From the IMG/VR virus record IMGVR_UViG_3300045988_030546: DNA of 40,163 bases; one strand, 5' to 3'. This stretch comes from a virus. The notes beneath the pieces are model-generated. The model made no database searches. It was not told the DNA's origin and saw only the letters and a program-made list of their open reading frames with translations. Positions 7,011 through 15,849 of the stretch are shown here, piece after piece. Numbering within the stretch: position 1 is the first letter of the stretch; the number at the start of each line of letters is the position of its first letter. The position numbers and the translations under genes were made by a program.

Positions 7011-8144
7011 ATGGAAATCACAAAACGGCGGCTTGCGGATATTGTACCGTATGCCGCAAACGCAAAAAAGCATGATAAGCGGCAAATCAACAACGTTGCG
7101 GAGAGCATCAAGCAGTACGGCTTTGTGCAGCCGATTGTGATTGACCGTGATGGCGTGATCGTAATCGGCCACTGCCGCGCTCTGGCGGCAAAGAAGCTAG
7201 GCATGGAAGAAGTACCATGCGTCTGCGTGGACGATCTCACACCGGAGCAGGTGAACGCTCTGCGGCTGGTGGATAACAAGAGCAACGAGAGCGACTGGGA
7301 TTTTGACCTGCTGGCTGACGAACTGCCTGATCTTGACCTGTCGGCGTTTGACTTTGATTGGGGCTTGCCGGAAGATCAACAGGAAGAAGTTATTGAAGAT
7401 ATGGCTCCCGCAGTAGATGAAGAAAACGATCCGGTTGCAAAGCCTGGGGATATATGGAAACTGGGAGAACACCGCTTAATGTGTGGGGACAGTACTAGTA
7501 TTGATGCCGTGGAAGCCCTTATGGGGGGGCAAATGGCAGATATGGTGTTCACTGATCCGCCATACGGCTATAGCTATCAGAGTAATATGCGCGAAAAATC
7601 GAAGAAGTTTGATGTATTGGAGAATGATGATAAAATTCTCGACTTCTTCCCCAATATTAGACTTTTGTGCAATGGATTCGTTTTTATTTGCACGACATGG
7701 AAAGTTCTGGACAAGTGGCTACCGCTGTTCAAACAATATCACGACCTGACCAATATGATAATTTGGGACAAAGGCGGCGGCGGGATTGGCGACCTCAAGC
7801 ACACATTCTCAACAGATTATGAAGTGATTTTATGCTCTAACAATGGGCGAGAAATTAAAGGAAAGCGGATCGGGTCTGTTTGGAATATACCAAAAGATTC
7901 GGCCAATGAGTACGCGCACCCGACACAGAAGCCGGTGAAGTTATCTGAATTTGCAATACGCAACACGACCGAACGGGGCGGAACTGTCCTCGATTTGTTT
8001 GGAGGGAGCGGAAGCACATTGATTGCTTGTGAGCAGTTAGACCGGAGATGTTGCATGATGGAGCTTGACCCGCGCTACTGCGATGTAATTATTAAACGAT
8101 GGGAGCAGTTTACGGGAGAAAAGGCGGTGCTTCTACATGACTGA
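7011..8144 (+). CDS. ParB-like N-terminal domain fused to N6-adenine/N4-cytosine DNA methyltransferase (orphan)
   Basis: The N-terminus ...NAKKHDKRQINNVAESIKQYGFVQPIVI...GHCRALAAKKLG is ParB/Srx-like. It is followed by ...VFTDPPYGYSY... (DPPY motif) and a C-terminal ...HPTQKPVKL...VLDLFGGSGST (AdoMet motif). No restriction-enzyme partner lies nearby. Confidence 0.9.
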   Translation: MEITKRRLADIVPYAANAKKHDKRQINNVAESIKQYGFVQPIVIDRDGVIVIGHCRALAAKKLGMEEVPCVCVDDLTPEQVNALRLVDNKSNESDWDFDLLADELPDLDLSAFDFDWGLPEDQQEEVIEDMAPAVDEENDPVAKPGDIWKLGEHRLMCGDSTSIDAVEALMGGQMADMVFTDPPYGYSYQSNMREKSKKFDVLENDDKILDFFPNIRLLCNGFVFICTTWKVLDKWLPLFKQYHDLTNMIIWDKGGGGIGDLKHTFSTDYEVILCSNNGREIKGKRIGSVWNIPKDSANEYAHPTQKPVKLSEFAIRNTTERGGTVLDLFGGSGSTLIACEQLDRRCCMMELDPRYCDVIIKRWEQFTGEKAVLLHD

Positions 8145-8316
8145 TGCTCAGGCGACTGCGCGGAGGATGTTGAAGAAAAACCAGCAGTATTTATCCACAC
8201 AGCAAATGAAAACACTGAACGGGCTGATTAAGTCCGGCAATATTACAGGGGCCATGAATGGCCTGCATACATTGGTTGCGAGAAAGCTGACTGCGAGAAA
8301 GAAATCTCTGGCATGA
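8137..8316 (+). CDS. Hypothetical small basic protein (59 aa; below the ORF-track cutoff)
   Basis: ATG at 8137 overlaps the methylase stop (ATGACTGA). It translates to MTDAQATARRMLKKNQQYLSTQQMKTLNGLIKSGNITGAMNGLHTLVARKLTARKKSLA. Confidence 0.45.
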   Translation: MTDAQATARRMLKKNQQYLSTQQMKTLNGLIKSGNITGAMNGLHTLVARKLTARKKSLA

Positions 8317-8338
8317 TCGAATCTTAAGGAATGGAGGG

Positions 8339-8680
8339 GTGGAAGTGGCGCGGACTGGAAGGCCGAAAAAGGTAATAAATCAAAAGCTGTTTGAGAACCT
8401 ATGTGGTATCCAGTGCACGGAAGCAGAAATCTGCGGGGTGCTTGAGTGCAGCGCGGACACCCTGAATCGATGGTGCAAACGGACGTATAAAATGACTTTT
8501 GCGGACACATATAAAAGCAAGAGTCAGGTAGGAAAGTCGAGCCTGCGGAGAGCGCAGTGGAATCTGGCCCAAAAGAACGCAAGCATGGCTATTTGGCTGG
8601 GGAAACAGTACCTTGAGCAAAAAGATATTGTGGAGCAGAACGTCAATGCGGACGGTGTCAAGGTGATTATCGATGTCTGA
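8339..8680 (+). CDS. terS: Terminase small subunit
   Basis: ...ARTGRPKK...CGIQCTEAEICGVLECSADTLNRWCK...NASMAIWLGKQYLEQKD is the HTH plus IWLGKQ pattern of Firmicute phage TerS. The gene overlaps the terL start. A GTG start at 8345 fits the GGAGG spacing better than 8339. Confidence 0.75.
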   Translation: MEVARTGRPKKVINQKLFENLCGIQCTEAEICGVLECSADTLNRWCKRTYKMTFADTYKSKSQVGKSSLRRAQWNLAQKNASMAIWLGKQYLEQKDIVEQNVNADGVKVIIDV

Positions 8681-9947
8681 TATTTTCTTGTCAGAAAAGA
8701 TCGGCCCTGCGTTTTATAGCATTGCACATGACATTTTTAGGCATGGGCATACGCACTACGATTTTAGCGGCGGGCGTGGCTCATTGAAATCCTCCACAGT
8801 ATCAATTCTTGTACCGCTTTTGCTGGTTGGCAATCCGGGAACGCATGCGCTTGTGTTGCGCAAGGTAGCAAATACAATCCGCGATAGCGTTTATGCCCAG
8901 TACATTTGGGCAATCGGCGAGCTGGGCATGGCGGCGTATTGGGAAGCGAAAGTATCCCCGATGGAGCTGATCTATAAGCCGACAGGCCAGAAGATTATGT
9001 TTCGCGGCGCTGATGACCCGATGAAGATCAAATCTATCAAAGTCCCGTTTGGCTATATCGCCGTGACGCACTTCGAGGAAAAAGACCAGTTTGCCGGACG
9101 TGCGGAAATCCGAACTATTTTACAGTCCACCATGCGCGGTGGCTCGATGTTCTGGAATTTTGAAAGCTATAACCCACCTATCTCGCGTGACAACTGGGCG
9201 AACAAGGACAGCTTGGAGGAACGGGCTGATCGCTTGTGTCATAAGTCAACATATCTGCAGGCACCGCCGGAGTGGCTGGGAGAACAGTTTCTTGCAGAAG
9301 CGGAACACCTGAAAGAAACGGACGAGCGTGCATATCAGCACGAATATCTCGGAATTCCGGTCGGCACCGGCGGAAATGTGTTTGAAAATTTGGAGTTGCG
9401 GGAAATCACTGACGAGGAAATTTCGCATTTCGACCGCATTTATAACGGCGTTGACTGGGGATATTTCCCCGATCCGTGGGCGTTCAACCGTTGCCATTAC
9501 GACGCCGCGAGACGAACACTATACATTTTTGCGGAAATGACCGCAAACAAAAAGAGGAACAAAGAAACGGCTGATATGCTGATTGATTATGGGCTGACCC
9601 GCGATGACCTCATCACCGCAGACGGTGCAGAGCCGAAGAGCGTCGCGGACTATCAAAAGTTCGGCTTGCGCTGCATTAGCGCAAGAAAAGGGCCGGGAAG
9701 TATTGACCGCTCTATGCAGTGGTTGCAAGGCTTGTCGAGCATCGTAATTGACAAGGTAAAATGCCCTAAAACGGCAGAAGAATTTATTTCCTATGAGTAC
9801 GAGCGGAACCGCGAGGGAGAGATCCTCAGCGGTTATCCTGATGCAAACAACCACCATATTGATGCGTGCCGATATGCGACAGAATCGATATGGAAAGCGC
9901 CCGGCCAAAAGGGCAAGAGCGATTATACCCCCATTTGGAACAGATAG
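8673..9947 (+). CDS. terL: Terminase large subunit (PBSX/Terminase_3-like)
   Basis: Has a Walker-A-like ...FSGGRGSLKSS..., is 424 aa long, and sits between terS and portal. Confidence 0.92.
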   Translation: MSDIFLSEKIGPAFYSIAHDIFRHGHTHYDFSGGRGSLKSSTVSILVPLLLVGNPGTHALVLRKVANTIRDSVYAQYIWAIGELGMAAYWEAKVSPMELIYKPTGQKIMFRGADDPMKIKSIKVPFGYIAVTHFEEKDQFAGRAEIRTILQSTMRGGSMFWNFESYNPPISRDNWANKDSLEERADRLCHKSTYLQAPPEWLGEQFLAEAEHLKETDERAYQHEYLGIPVGTGGNVFENLELREITDEEISHFDRIYNGVDWGYFPDPWAFNRCHYDAARRTLYIFAEMTANKKRNKETADMLIDYGLTRDDLITADGAEPKSVADYQKFGLRCISARKGPGSIDRSMQWLQGLSSIVIDKVKCPKTAEEFISYEYERNREGEILSGYPDANNHHIDACRYATESIWKAPGQKGKSDYTPIWNR

Positions 9948-9982
9948 GACGGTGAGCGGCTATCAAAACATATAACGACCTT

Positions 9983-11338
9983 GTGGCGGTGGGCGAGGAC
10001 GAAAAGGCGCGGATGGAGTTTATCCGCAGCGCAATCAACGAGCACCGCGAATCCCACGCATATAAGACGGCGGCGGATGCTGAGGAATATTACAACGGCC
10101 TGAATCCGACCATTAATCGCTATGAAAAGATCATCTACGATATGCAGGGCCGTTCCCACACGGATATGTGGACGGCAAACCATAAGCTGGCCAGCCGCTT
10201 CTTTGGTCTGGCGGTGGATCAGGAAGTTTCCTATCTTCTGGGTAACGGCGTAACCTTTGCGGAGAAGGAAACGCCGAACAAGCTATGCCCGGACTTCGAC
10301 CAGGAAGTCATGGATGCGGCGCGTGAAGCGAAAATCGCAGGCGTGTCCTTCGGTTTCTGGGATCTGACGCATTTGCGCGTGTTCTCCCTGCTTGAGTTCG
10401 TCCCCCTCTATGATGAAGAGGACGGTGCAATGAAAGCCGGTATCCGGTTCTGGCAGGTGGCACAGGATAAGCCTCTGAGAGCGACGCTATATGAGACCGA
10501 CGGCTTTACCGAGTATTTCCAGCCCAGCGGCGAGGATATGTCCGTCATGCAGCCGAAGCGCAGTTATAAGCTGATCGAGCGCAAGGCGGAGGTCGGCGAA
10601 ACCGAAATCTATGACGGCGGGAATTATCCGAGTTTCCCCATCGTGCCGCTGAAAAACAACAAGCGGTGTCTCTCCGAGATCGTCGGCAAGCGCAACACCA
10701 TTGACGCACTCGACCTTGCATCCTCTAACATGGTCAACAACGTGGACGAGGGCAATCTGATCTATTGGGTGCTTTCTAATTGCAACGGCATGGACGATCT
10801 GGACGATGCAAAGTTTATTGAACGGCTGAAAACCACCCATGTCGCCCACGCGAATGGCGATGATGGTGCAAAGGTGGAAAGCAAGACCATCGAGGCTCCC
10901 TATGAGGGCACCAGCAGCACCATTGATATGCTCAAAAAGAAGCTGTACGAGGATTTCCAGTGCTTTGACGCTGCGGCGGTATCCGCAGGGAACCAGACGG
11001 CGACCGCAATCAAGGCCAGCTATGTGCCTCTGGATTTGAAAACGGACAAGTTTGAATCCGAGGTAACGCGGTTTATTGTTGAGATTCTGCGTTTGGCAGG
11101 CATTGAGGATCAGCCGAGCTATACGCGCAATCAAATTATCAACAAGAGCGAGGAAACGCAGAACATTCTGCTGGGAGCGGCGTATTACGATGACGAATAC
11201 ATCACAAAGAAGCTGCTGACCATCAACGGCGACATTGACCAGTACGAGGATATGGCAAAGCGGAAGGCAGCAGAAGAACTTGACCGGAGCTTTGAAGATC
11301 CGGACGCGCCGGGGGTGAGCGGCGATGGCGACCAGTGA
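9983..11338 (+). CDS. Portal protein (SPP1 Gp6-like)
   Basis: 451 aa with an acidic C-terminus, located right after terL and before MuF. GTG start; an alternative ATG lies at 10013. Confidence 0.9.
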   Translation: MAVGEDEKARMEFIRSAINEHRESHAYKTAADAEEYYNGLNPTINRYEKIIYDMQGRSHTDMWTANHKLASRFFGLAVDQEVSYLLGNGVTFAEKETPNKLCPDFDQEVMDAAREAKIAGVSFGFWDLTHLRVFSLLEFVPLYDEEDGAMKAGIRFWQVAQDKPLRATLYETDGFTEYFQPSGEDMSVMQPKRSYKLIERKAEVGETEIYDGGNYPSFPIVPLKNNKRCLSEIVGKRNTIDALDLASSNMVNNVDEGNLIYWVLSNCNGMDDLDDAKFIERLKTTHVAHANGDDGAKVESKTIEAPYEGTSSTIDMLKKKLYEDFQCFDAAAVSAGNQTATAIKASYVPLDLKTDKFESEVTRFIVEILRLAGIEDQPSYTRNQIINKSEETQNILLGAAYYDDEYITKKLLTINGDIDQYEDMAKRKAAEELDRSFEDPDAPGVSGDGDQ

Positions 11339-12845
11339 CCTCGGCCACAAGCTGACCGACAAGGAGCTTGCAAAGCTGGAGCGGCGTATTGAGAAACTAT
11401 ACCGTGAGGTCGGGAAGGAATTGCAAGAGACCATTGATGCATATTTCAAGCAATTCAAAAAGCGCGACGAGGAAATGAAAGCGCTGATCGGCACCGTGCA
11501 GAACGGTAAGGAGTGGACGGAGGCCGACTATAAGCAATGGCGGTTGAACCAAATCGGGCGCGGGGAACGCTATCAGGCCATGCGTGACAAGGTGGCGCAC
11601 CGTGTGACCGATGCAAACGCCGTGGCGGTGTCTTACACCAATGACGCAACGCCCGGTATCTACTCTCTGAACCGCAATTATGCGGCGTACACCATCGAGA
11701 GCGTGGCCGGGGATGTCGGCTTTGACTTGTGGGACGAGCAGACGGTGAAACGCCTGATCGTGGAGCAGCCGGGGCTGATGCCGTACTATCCAAAGGATAG
11801 AGCACTGAAACGCGGGATCGATCTCGCATACGGCAAGAAGCAAATTACGGCCAGTGTCACCAGCTCCATCTTGCAGGGATTGAGCATCATGCACATGGCG
11901 GATAATCTGCAAAAGCGGATCACCACCATGAGCCGCGATTCCGCCATTCGCACGGCCAGAACCGCCGTGACCGGCGCACAGAACGCCGGACGCATGGACA
12001 GCTACACAGCAGCGGAGAAGATGGGCGTCAAGCTCAAGAAACAGTGGCTTGCGACGCTGGACAATCGCACGCGACACGCTCATGCCATGCTGGACGGTCA
12101 AACGGTGGACATTGATAAGCCGTTCAAAGTCGATGGCTATGACATCATGTTCCCCGGTGATACTTCTGCACCCGGCTACCTCGTGTATAACTGCCGCTGC
12201 ACGATGGTTGCGGACATTGGTAGGGTTAATTCCACGGGCCAAAGACGCGCCAGAAACCCGGTTACAGGCGAAAACGAGATCGTTTCAGATATGACCTATT
12301 CAGAGTGGGCGGCACAGAAAGAAGCGGAAAATGCTACAGCGTGGGGCATCTTTATCAAAAAAGGCCGAAATCTATCGGCAGACACGAAGCAATGGAAAGG
12401 ATACAAGGCGGTTCTGAACAAAAAAGTTCCGAATACCGTTGAAGATTTCCAGAATTTGAAGTATAATGAACCTGAAAAGTGGGCGCAATTAAAAACCACA
12501 AAGCGGCAGACTGTTGTTGTTAAAAATGCGGAGTGCGTAACAACACCCAAAAAATACACAGGCTATTTCCTGAAAAGTGGAGCTAAACACGCAGACCAAT
12601 TCTTTGATGTTGGATATACGTCAGACAATCCGCTCCAATTGCGCTATGATATGGCAAGGCAGTTTAACATGGAAAAGGCTGTGGATTTTAAAGAATTAGG
12701 CGGCGGAGCCGTGCGTTTTAATATTTACATGGAACTTGGGGTGACAAAACAACGAACGTTTTGCACTGGCTGGATAAAGGATGCGCCCGAAAGCAAACCG
12801 CGTATCATAACTGCCTTTAGGAAAAACAAGGAGGATGCGGGATGA
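11325..12845 (+). CDS. Head morphogenesis protein, SPP1 gp7 / Mu F family, with a C-terminal extension of about 200 aa
   Basis: The MuF core ...TARTAVTGAQNAGRMDSY...WLATLDNRTRHAHAMLDGQ...YNCRCTM ends near residue 300. Residues of about 300-506 form an extra domain (...KKYTGYFLKSGAKHADQFFDVGYTSDN...RTFCTGWIKDAPESKPRIITAF). Confidence 0.88.
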   Translation: MATSDLGHKLTDKELAKLERRIEKLYREVGKELQETIDAYFKQFKKRDEEMKALIGTVQNGKEWTEADYKQWRLNQIGRGERYQAMRDKVAHRVTDANAVAVSYTNDATPGIYSLNRNYAAYTIESVAGDVGFDLWDEQTVKRLIVEQPGLMPYYPKDRALKRGIDLAYGKKQITASVTSSILQGLSIMHMADNLQKRITTMSRDSAIRTARTAVTGAQNAGRMDSYTAAEKMGVKLKKQWLATLDNRTRHAHAMLDGQTVDIDKPFKVDGYDIMFPGDTSAPGYLVYNCRCTMVADIGRVNSTGQRRARNPVTGENEIVSDMTYSEWAAQKEAENATAWGIFIKKGRNLSADTKQWKGYKAVLNKKVPNTVEDFQNLKYNEPEKWAQLKTTKRQTVVVKNAECVTTPKKYTGYFLKSGAKHADQFFDVGYTSDNPLQLRYDMARQFNMEKAVDFKELGGGAVRFNIYMELGVTKQRTFCTGWIKDAPESKPRIITAFRKNKEDAG

Positions 12846-13012
12846 TCCGTGAATATGATCGTGTTAAGGTAAAAAGTACTGGAGATACCGGCATTGTTGT
12901 CGACATCAGAAATACCAACGGGACGTATTTTTTGGTGGAAAGAGATAGCGATAACGAGCTGATTGACTGCATTGCCAGCGAACTGGAAAAATTGGGCAGA
13001 GGACAACAATGA
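12842..13012 (+). CDS. Hypothetical small protein (56 aa), DUF4926/SH3-like by eye; candidate partner of the MuF extension
   Basis: ATGA-coupled at both ends. Translates to MIREYDRVKVKSTGDTGIVVDIRNTNGTYFLVERDSDNELIDCIASELEKLGRGQQ. Confidence 0.5.
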   Translation: MIREYDRVKVKSTGDTGIVVDIRNTNGTYFLVERDSDNELIDCIASELEKLGRGQQ

Positions 13013-13413
13013 ACATTGATATTCAGGATCACAGCGCGGAGGTTTCCGCTGAGATCAAGGCGGCGCTGCTGCGGGGCCTTGAAAAGATCGGGCTGGTGGC
13101 AGAGGGATATGCGAAAAAGCTGTGCCCCGTCGACACCGGCAATCTGCGCAACAGCATTACTCATGTGGTAGACGAGCAGGAACCGGCGGCAATCATCGGC
13201 ACGAACAATGAGTATGCCGCTTACGTCGAGCTTGGCACGGGCATTTACGCCGAAGGCGGAGGCGGACGGCCTACACCGTGGGTGTACCAGGACGCGAAAG
13301 GCAACTGGCATTACACGCGCGGCAACAAGGCACAGCCGTTTCTGAAACCAGCTGCCGCCGACCATGCGGGACAGTATCGGGACATTCTGGAAAGTGAGCT
13401 GAAAAATGGATAA
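13009..13413 (+). CDS. HK97 gp10-family protein (neck / tail-completion type)
   Basis: ...CPVDTGNLRNSITH...EYAAYVELGTG... is the signature of that family. It is unusually placed upstream of scaffold and capsid. Confidence 0.72.
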   Translation: MNIDIQDHSAEVSAEIKAALLRGLEKIGLVAEGYAKKLCPVDTGNLRNSITHVVDEQEPAAIIGTNNEYAAYVELGTGIYAEGGGGRPTPWVYQDAKGNWHYTRGNKAQPFLKPAAADHAGQYRDILESELKNG

Positions 13414-13537
13414 CGAGACCATCAAGGCCATTGAAGCCATTATACGGCGTGGCAATGACGCGGAAATCCGGCGCAAGGGCGACGGGTATATCGTATTAGA
13501 GGTCAAGAAAACAATCAAATATTCGACTTCCGCGTAA
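13406..13537 (+). CDS. Hypothetical small protein (43 aa)
   Basis: Overlaps the previous stop. Translates to MDNETIKAIEAIIRRGNDAEIRRKGDGYIVLEVKKTIKYSTSA and is followed by a strong terminator. Confidence 0.4.
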   Translation: MDNETIKAIEAIIRRGNDAEIRRKGDGYIVLEVKKTIKYSTSA

Positions 13538-13560
13538 TAGGGCGCGGGAAAGGGCAATAG

Positions 13561-13604
13561 GAGCCAGCTACTGAGAATTTCTCGGTGGTTGGCTCTTTTG
13601 TTTT
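13561..13604 (+). terminator. Rho-independent terminator
   Basis: A 16-bp stem (13561-13576 with 13580-13595, three G-U pairs) with loop ATT is followed by TTTTGTTTT. Confidence 0.8.
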
Positions 13605-13687
13605 CGGTAAAACCCGCGAGGTACAGCGGTTTTTATACAACGTTCGCCCCCGAAGAATTGGGGCCAAGGAAAAGGAGAACGAATAAC

Positions 13688-14311
13688 ATGGCGAAATTTA
13701 CGAGAGCGGAAATTAGAAATATTCTCGGCGAGGCTTGCACCGAAGAGATCGAAAATTGCTTGGTTGCGCTGCATCTGGGCGTGGTTGACCCCCTTAAGGA
13801 CGATCTCACGAAGTACAAGGCGGACGCGGAGAAGCTGCCCGGCGTCCAGAAGGAATTGGACGACCTCAAGGCAGCGGGTGACGGCGGCTATAAGGAAAAG
13901 TACGAGAAAGAACACTCGGCCTTTGAAACTTACAAATCCGACGTCACGGCAAAGGAGAGCAAGGCGGCGAAGGAAAAGGCTGTCCGGGCTTACTTTGAGA
14001 GCAAAAACATCACCGGCGCGAATTTGGACCTTGCCATGCGTGGTTGCGGCGAGGAAATGGCCGCATTGGAGCTGGACGGCGAGAAGATCAAGGACACCAA
14101 GTCCCTCGATGCACTCGTGGACGGCACCTACAAGGGGCTTGTTTCCACCACGCAGACGCACGGGGCGAATCCCGCCAATCCCCCGTCAAACACCGGCGGC
14201 GCGAATCTGACCAAGGCAGACATCTACAAAAAGGACGATAAGGGCCGCTATGTAATGTCTACTGCCGAACGGCAGAAAGCACTTGCCGAAAATCCTGATC
14301 TGATGAACTGA
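13688..14311 (+). CDS. Capsid scaffolding protein
   Basis: AAAGGAGAA RBS. The protein is charged and coiled-coil-rich (KADAEKLPGVQKELDDLKAAGDGGYKEKYEKEH...) and sits immediately upstream of the major capsid gene. Confidence 0.8.
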   Translation: MAKFTRAEIRNILGEACTEEIENCLVALHLGVVDPLKDDLTKYKADAEKLPGVQKELDDLKAAGDGGYKEKYEKEHSAFETYKSDVTAKESKAAKEKAVRAYFESKNITGANLDLAMRGCGEEMAALELDGEKIKDTKSLDALVDGTYKGLVSTTQTHGANPANPPSNTGGANLTKADIYKKDDKGRYVMSTAERQKALAENPDLMN

Positions 14312-14325
14312 AAGGAGCCTTTAAC

Positions 14326-15249
14326 ATGGCAGCAACTAAAGTTGAAACTTTGACCCAGCCCCGTGATTCTCTGCCCAATGTCTATACCAGCGTGACCGCA
14401 CGCGAGGTCGACTTTGTTACCCGGTTTGATGACAACTGGGAGGCGCTGAGAAATATTCTGGGCATCACTCGCCCTATCCGAAAGACCCCCGGTACGTCTC
14501 TGGTGTCTTACACCGCCAGTATTGACCTGGAGAGCGGCTCTGTTGACCCCGGCGAGGTCATCCCCTACAGCAAGACCACCATCGTGCAGGCGGCAAAGTC
14601 TGACCTGACAATTGAGAAGTACGCGAAGGCCGTACCCATCGAAGATGTGAACAAGTACGGCGCGGAAATTGCCGTAGAAAAGTCCGATGACGCATTCCTG
14701 ACAAAGCTTCAGAATGTTGTCATGGGTAAGTTCTACACATTCTTGAACACCGGCAGCCTGACAAAGACCGCCGCTACCTGGCAGGATGCGCTTGCCAAGG
14801 CTCAGGGCGAGGTTCTGAACAAGTTTGCCACTATCCAGAAGGATGTCACCCAGGTGGTAGGTTTTGCCAACATTCTGGATGCCTATGACTATCTGGGTAC
14901 TGCAAACATCACCGTGCAGACCCAGTTCGGCATCAACTACATCAAAGATTTCATGGGCTATTCCACCCTGTTCCTGCTGCCTGCGGCGCAGATCGCCCGG
15001 AATAAGGTTATTGCTACCCCCGTGGAAAACATTGACCTGTACTATGTGGATCCCGGCGATAGCGAGTTTGCCCGCCTGGGCCTGAACTACACCGTTCAGG
15101 GCGAGACTAACCTGATTGGTTTCCACGCCCAGGGCAACTACAGCACCGCCGTAGGCGAGAGCTACGCGCTGATGGGTATGTCCCTGTGGGCTGAGTATCT
15201 GGACGGTATCGCCGTTGTGACCGTAACACCCTCTAGCGTGGGGGGCTGA
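14326..15249 (+). CDS. Major capsid protein
   Basis: 307 aa with a strong RBS (AAAGGAG), located after the scaffold gene. Size and composition fit an HK97-fold capsid protein. Confidence 0.85.
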   Translation: MAATKVETLTQPRDSLPNVYTSVTAREVDFVTRFDDNWEALRNILGITRPIRKTPGTSLVSYTASIDLESGSVDPGEVIPYSKTTIVQAAKSDLTIEKYAKAVPIEDVNKYGAEIAVEKSDDAFLTKLQNVVMGKFYTFLNTGSLTKTAATWQDALAKAQGEVLNKFATIQKDVTQVVGFANILDAYDYLGTANITVQTQFGINYIKDFMGYSTLFLLPAAQIARNKVIATPVENIDLYYVDPGDSEFARLGLNYTVQGETNLIGFHAQGNYSTAVGESYALMGMSLWAEYLDGIAVVTVTPSSVGG

Positions 15250-15260
15250 TTGAGCCGCTA

Positions 15261-15404
15261 ATGGCAACGGCACCCGGCAATGACGCAGACCTTAGCAACT
15301 TAACAAAGGCGGAATTGCTTGCGTATGCGGAGGAAAACGGCATTGCTGGAGTTAGCGGCTCAATGAAAAAGGCCGAAATTTATAAAATTGTTGCAGGCAG
15401 CTAA
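15261..15404 (+). CDS. Small SAP / Rho-N-terminal-like domain protein (47 aa)
   Basis: ...LSNLTKAELLAYAEENGIAGVSGSMKKAEIYKIV is the helix-extended-helix motif often found just after capsid genes. Below the ORF-track cutoff. Confidence 0.55.
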   Translation: MATAPGNDADLSNLTKAELLAYAEENGIAGVSGSMKKAEIYKIVAGS

Positions 15405-15417
15405 AGGAGGCAGCGCA

Positions 15418-15849
15418 ATGCTTGAAAATGTTCTACGGCACTTAAACAACTGGTTCCTTGTGGAGATTCACGAGGGCACGTTCACCGTGGAGAATGGCAG
15501 CATTGCGCTGCCTTTTCTCCAAACCAATCAATATTTCCGCATCTGTGGCTCCGTGTTCAACGATGGCCTGCACCAGTATCCGGCGGCTGACCTGACGGAT
15601 GAAACCTTTACCGGGACGGTGTGGGTGCTGGCGGTGCCAAAGGCTGTGGTTGCGCTTGCCGAAGATATCGCCGCGTGGGAAGAAAAGAACGGGGAGGCCG
15701 TTGCAAGCCCGTATCAAAGCGAAAGCTTCGGGGGCTATTCTTACACCAAACGCAGCGCGGGAAGCGACAGCAACGCGTTAAACGGCTGGCAGGGCGCTTT
15801 TAAGGGCCGATTGAATGACTGGCGGAAGCTCAAGGGGGTGGAGCCGTAA
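15418..15849 (+). CDS. Putative head-tail connector/adaptor protein
   Basis: AAAGGAGG RBS with an internal ATG (MLENVLRHLNNWF...). Called from synteny between capsid and tail genes. Confidence 0.55.
   Translation: MLENVLRHLNNWFLVEIHEGTFTVENGSIALPFLQTNQYFRICGSVFNDGLHQYPAADLTDETFTGTVWVLAVPKAVVALAEDIAAWEEKNGEAVASPYQSESFGGYSYTKRSAGSDSNALNGWQGAFKGRLNDWRKLKGVEP

Noticed and set aside
10487-11494. Long antisense ORFs inside structural genes: 10487..11494(-), 11397..12242(-), 14248..15273(-), 19950..20780(-), 21975..22826(-), 30233..31132(-), 38458..39057(-)
   Set aside because: These are shadow ORFs typical of GC-rich DNA. They are Arg/Gly/Pro/His-rich, lack RBS sites, and lie entirely opposite well-supported phage genes.
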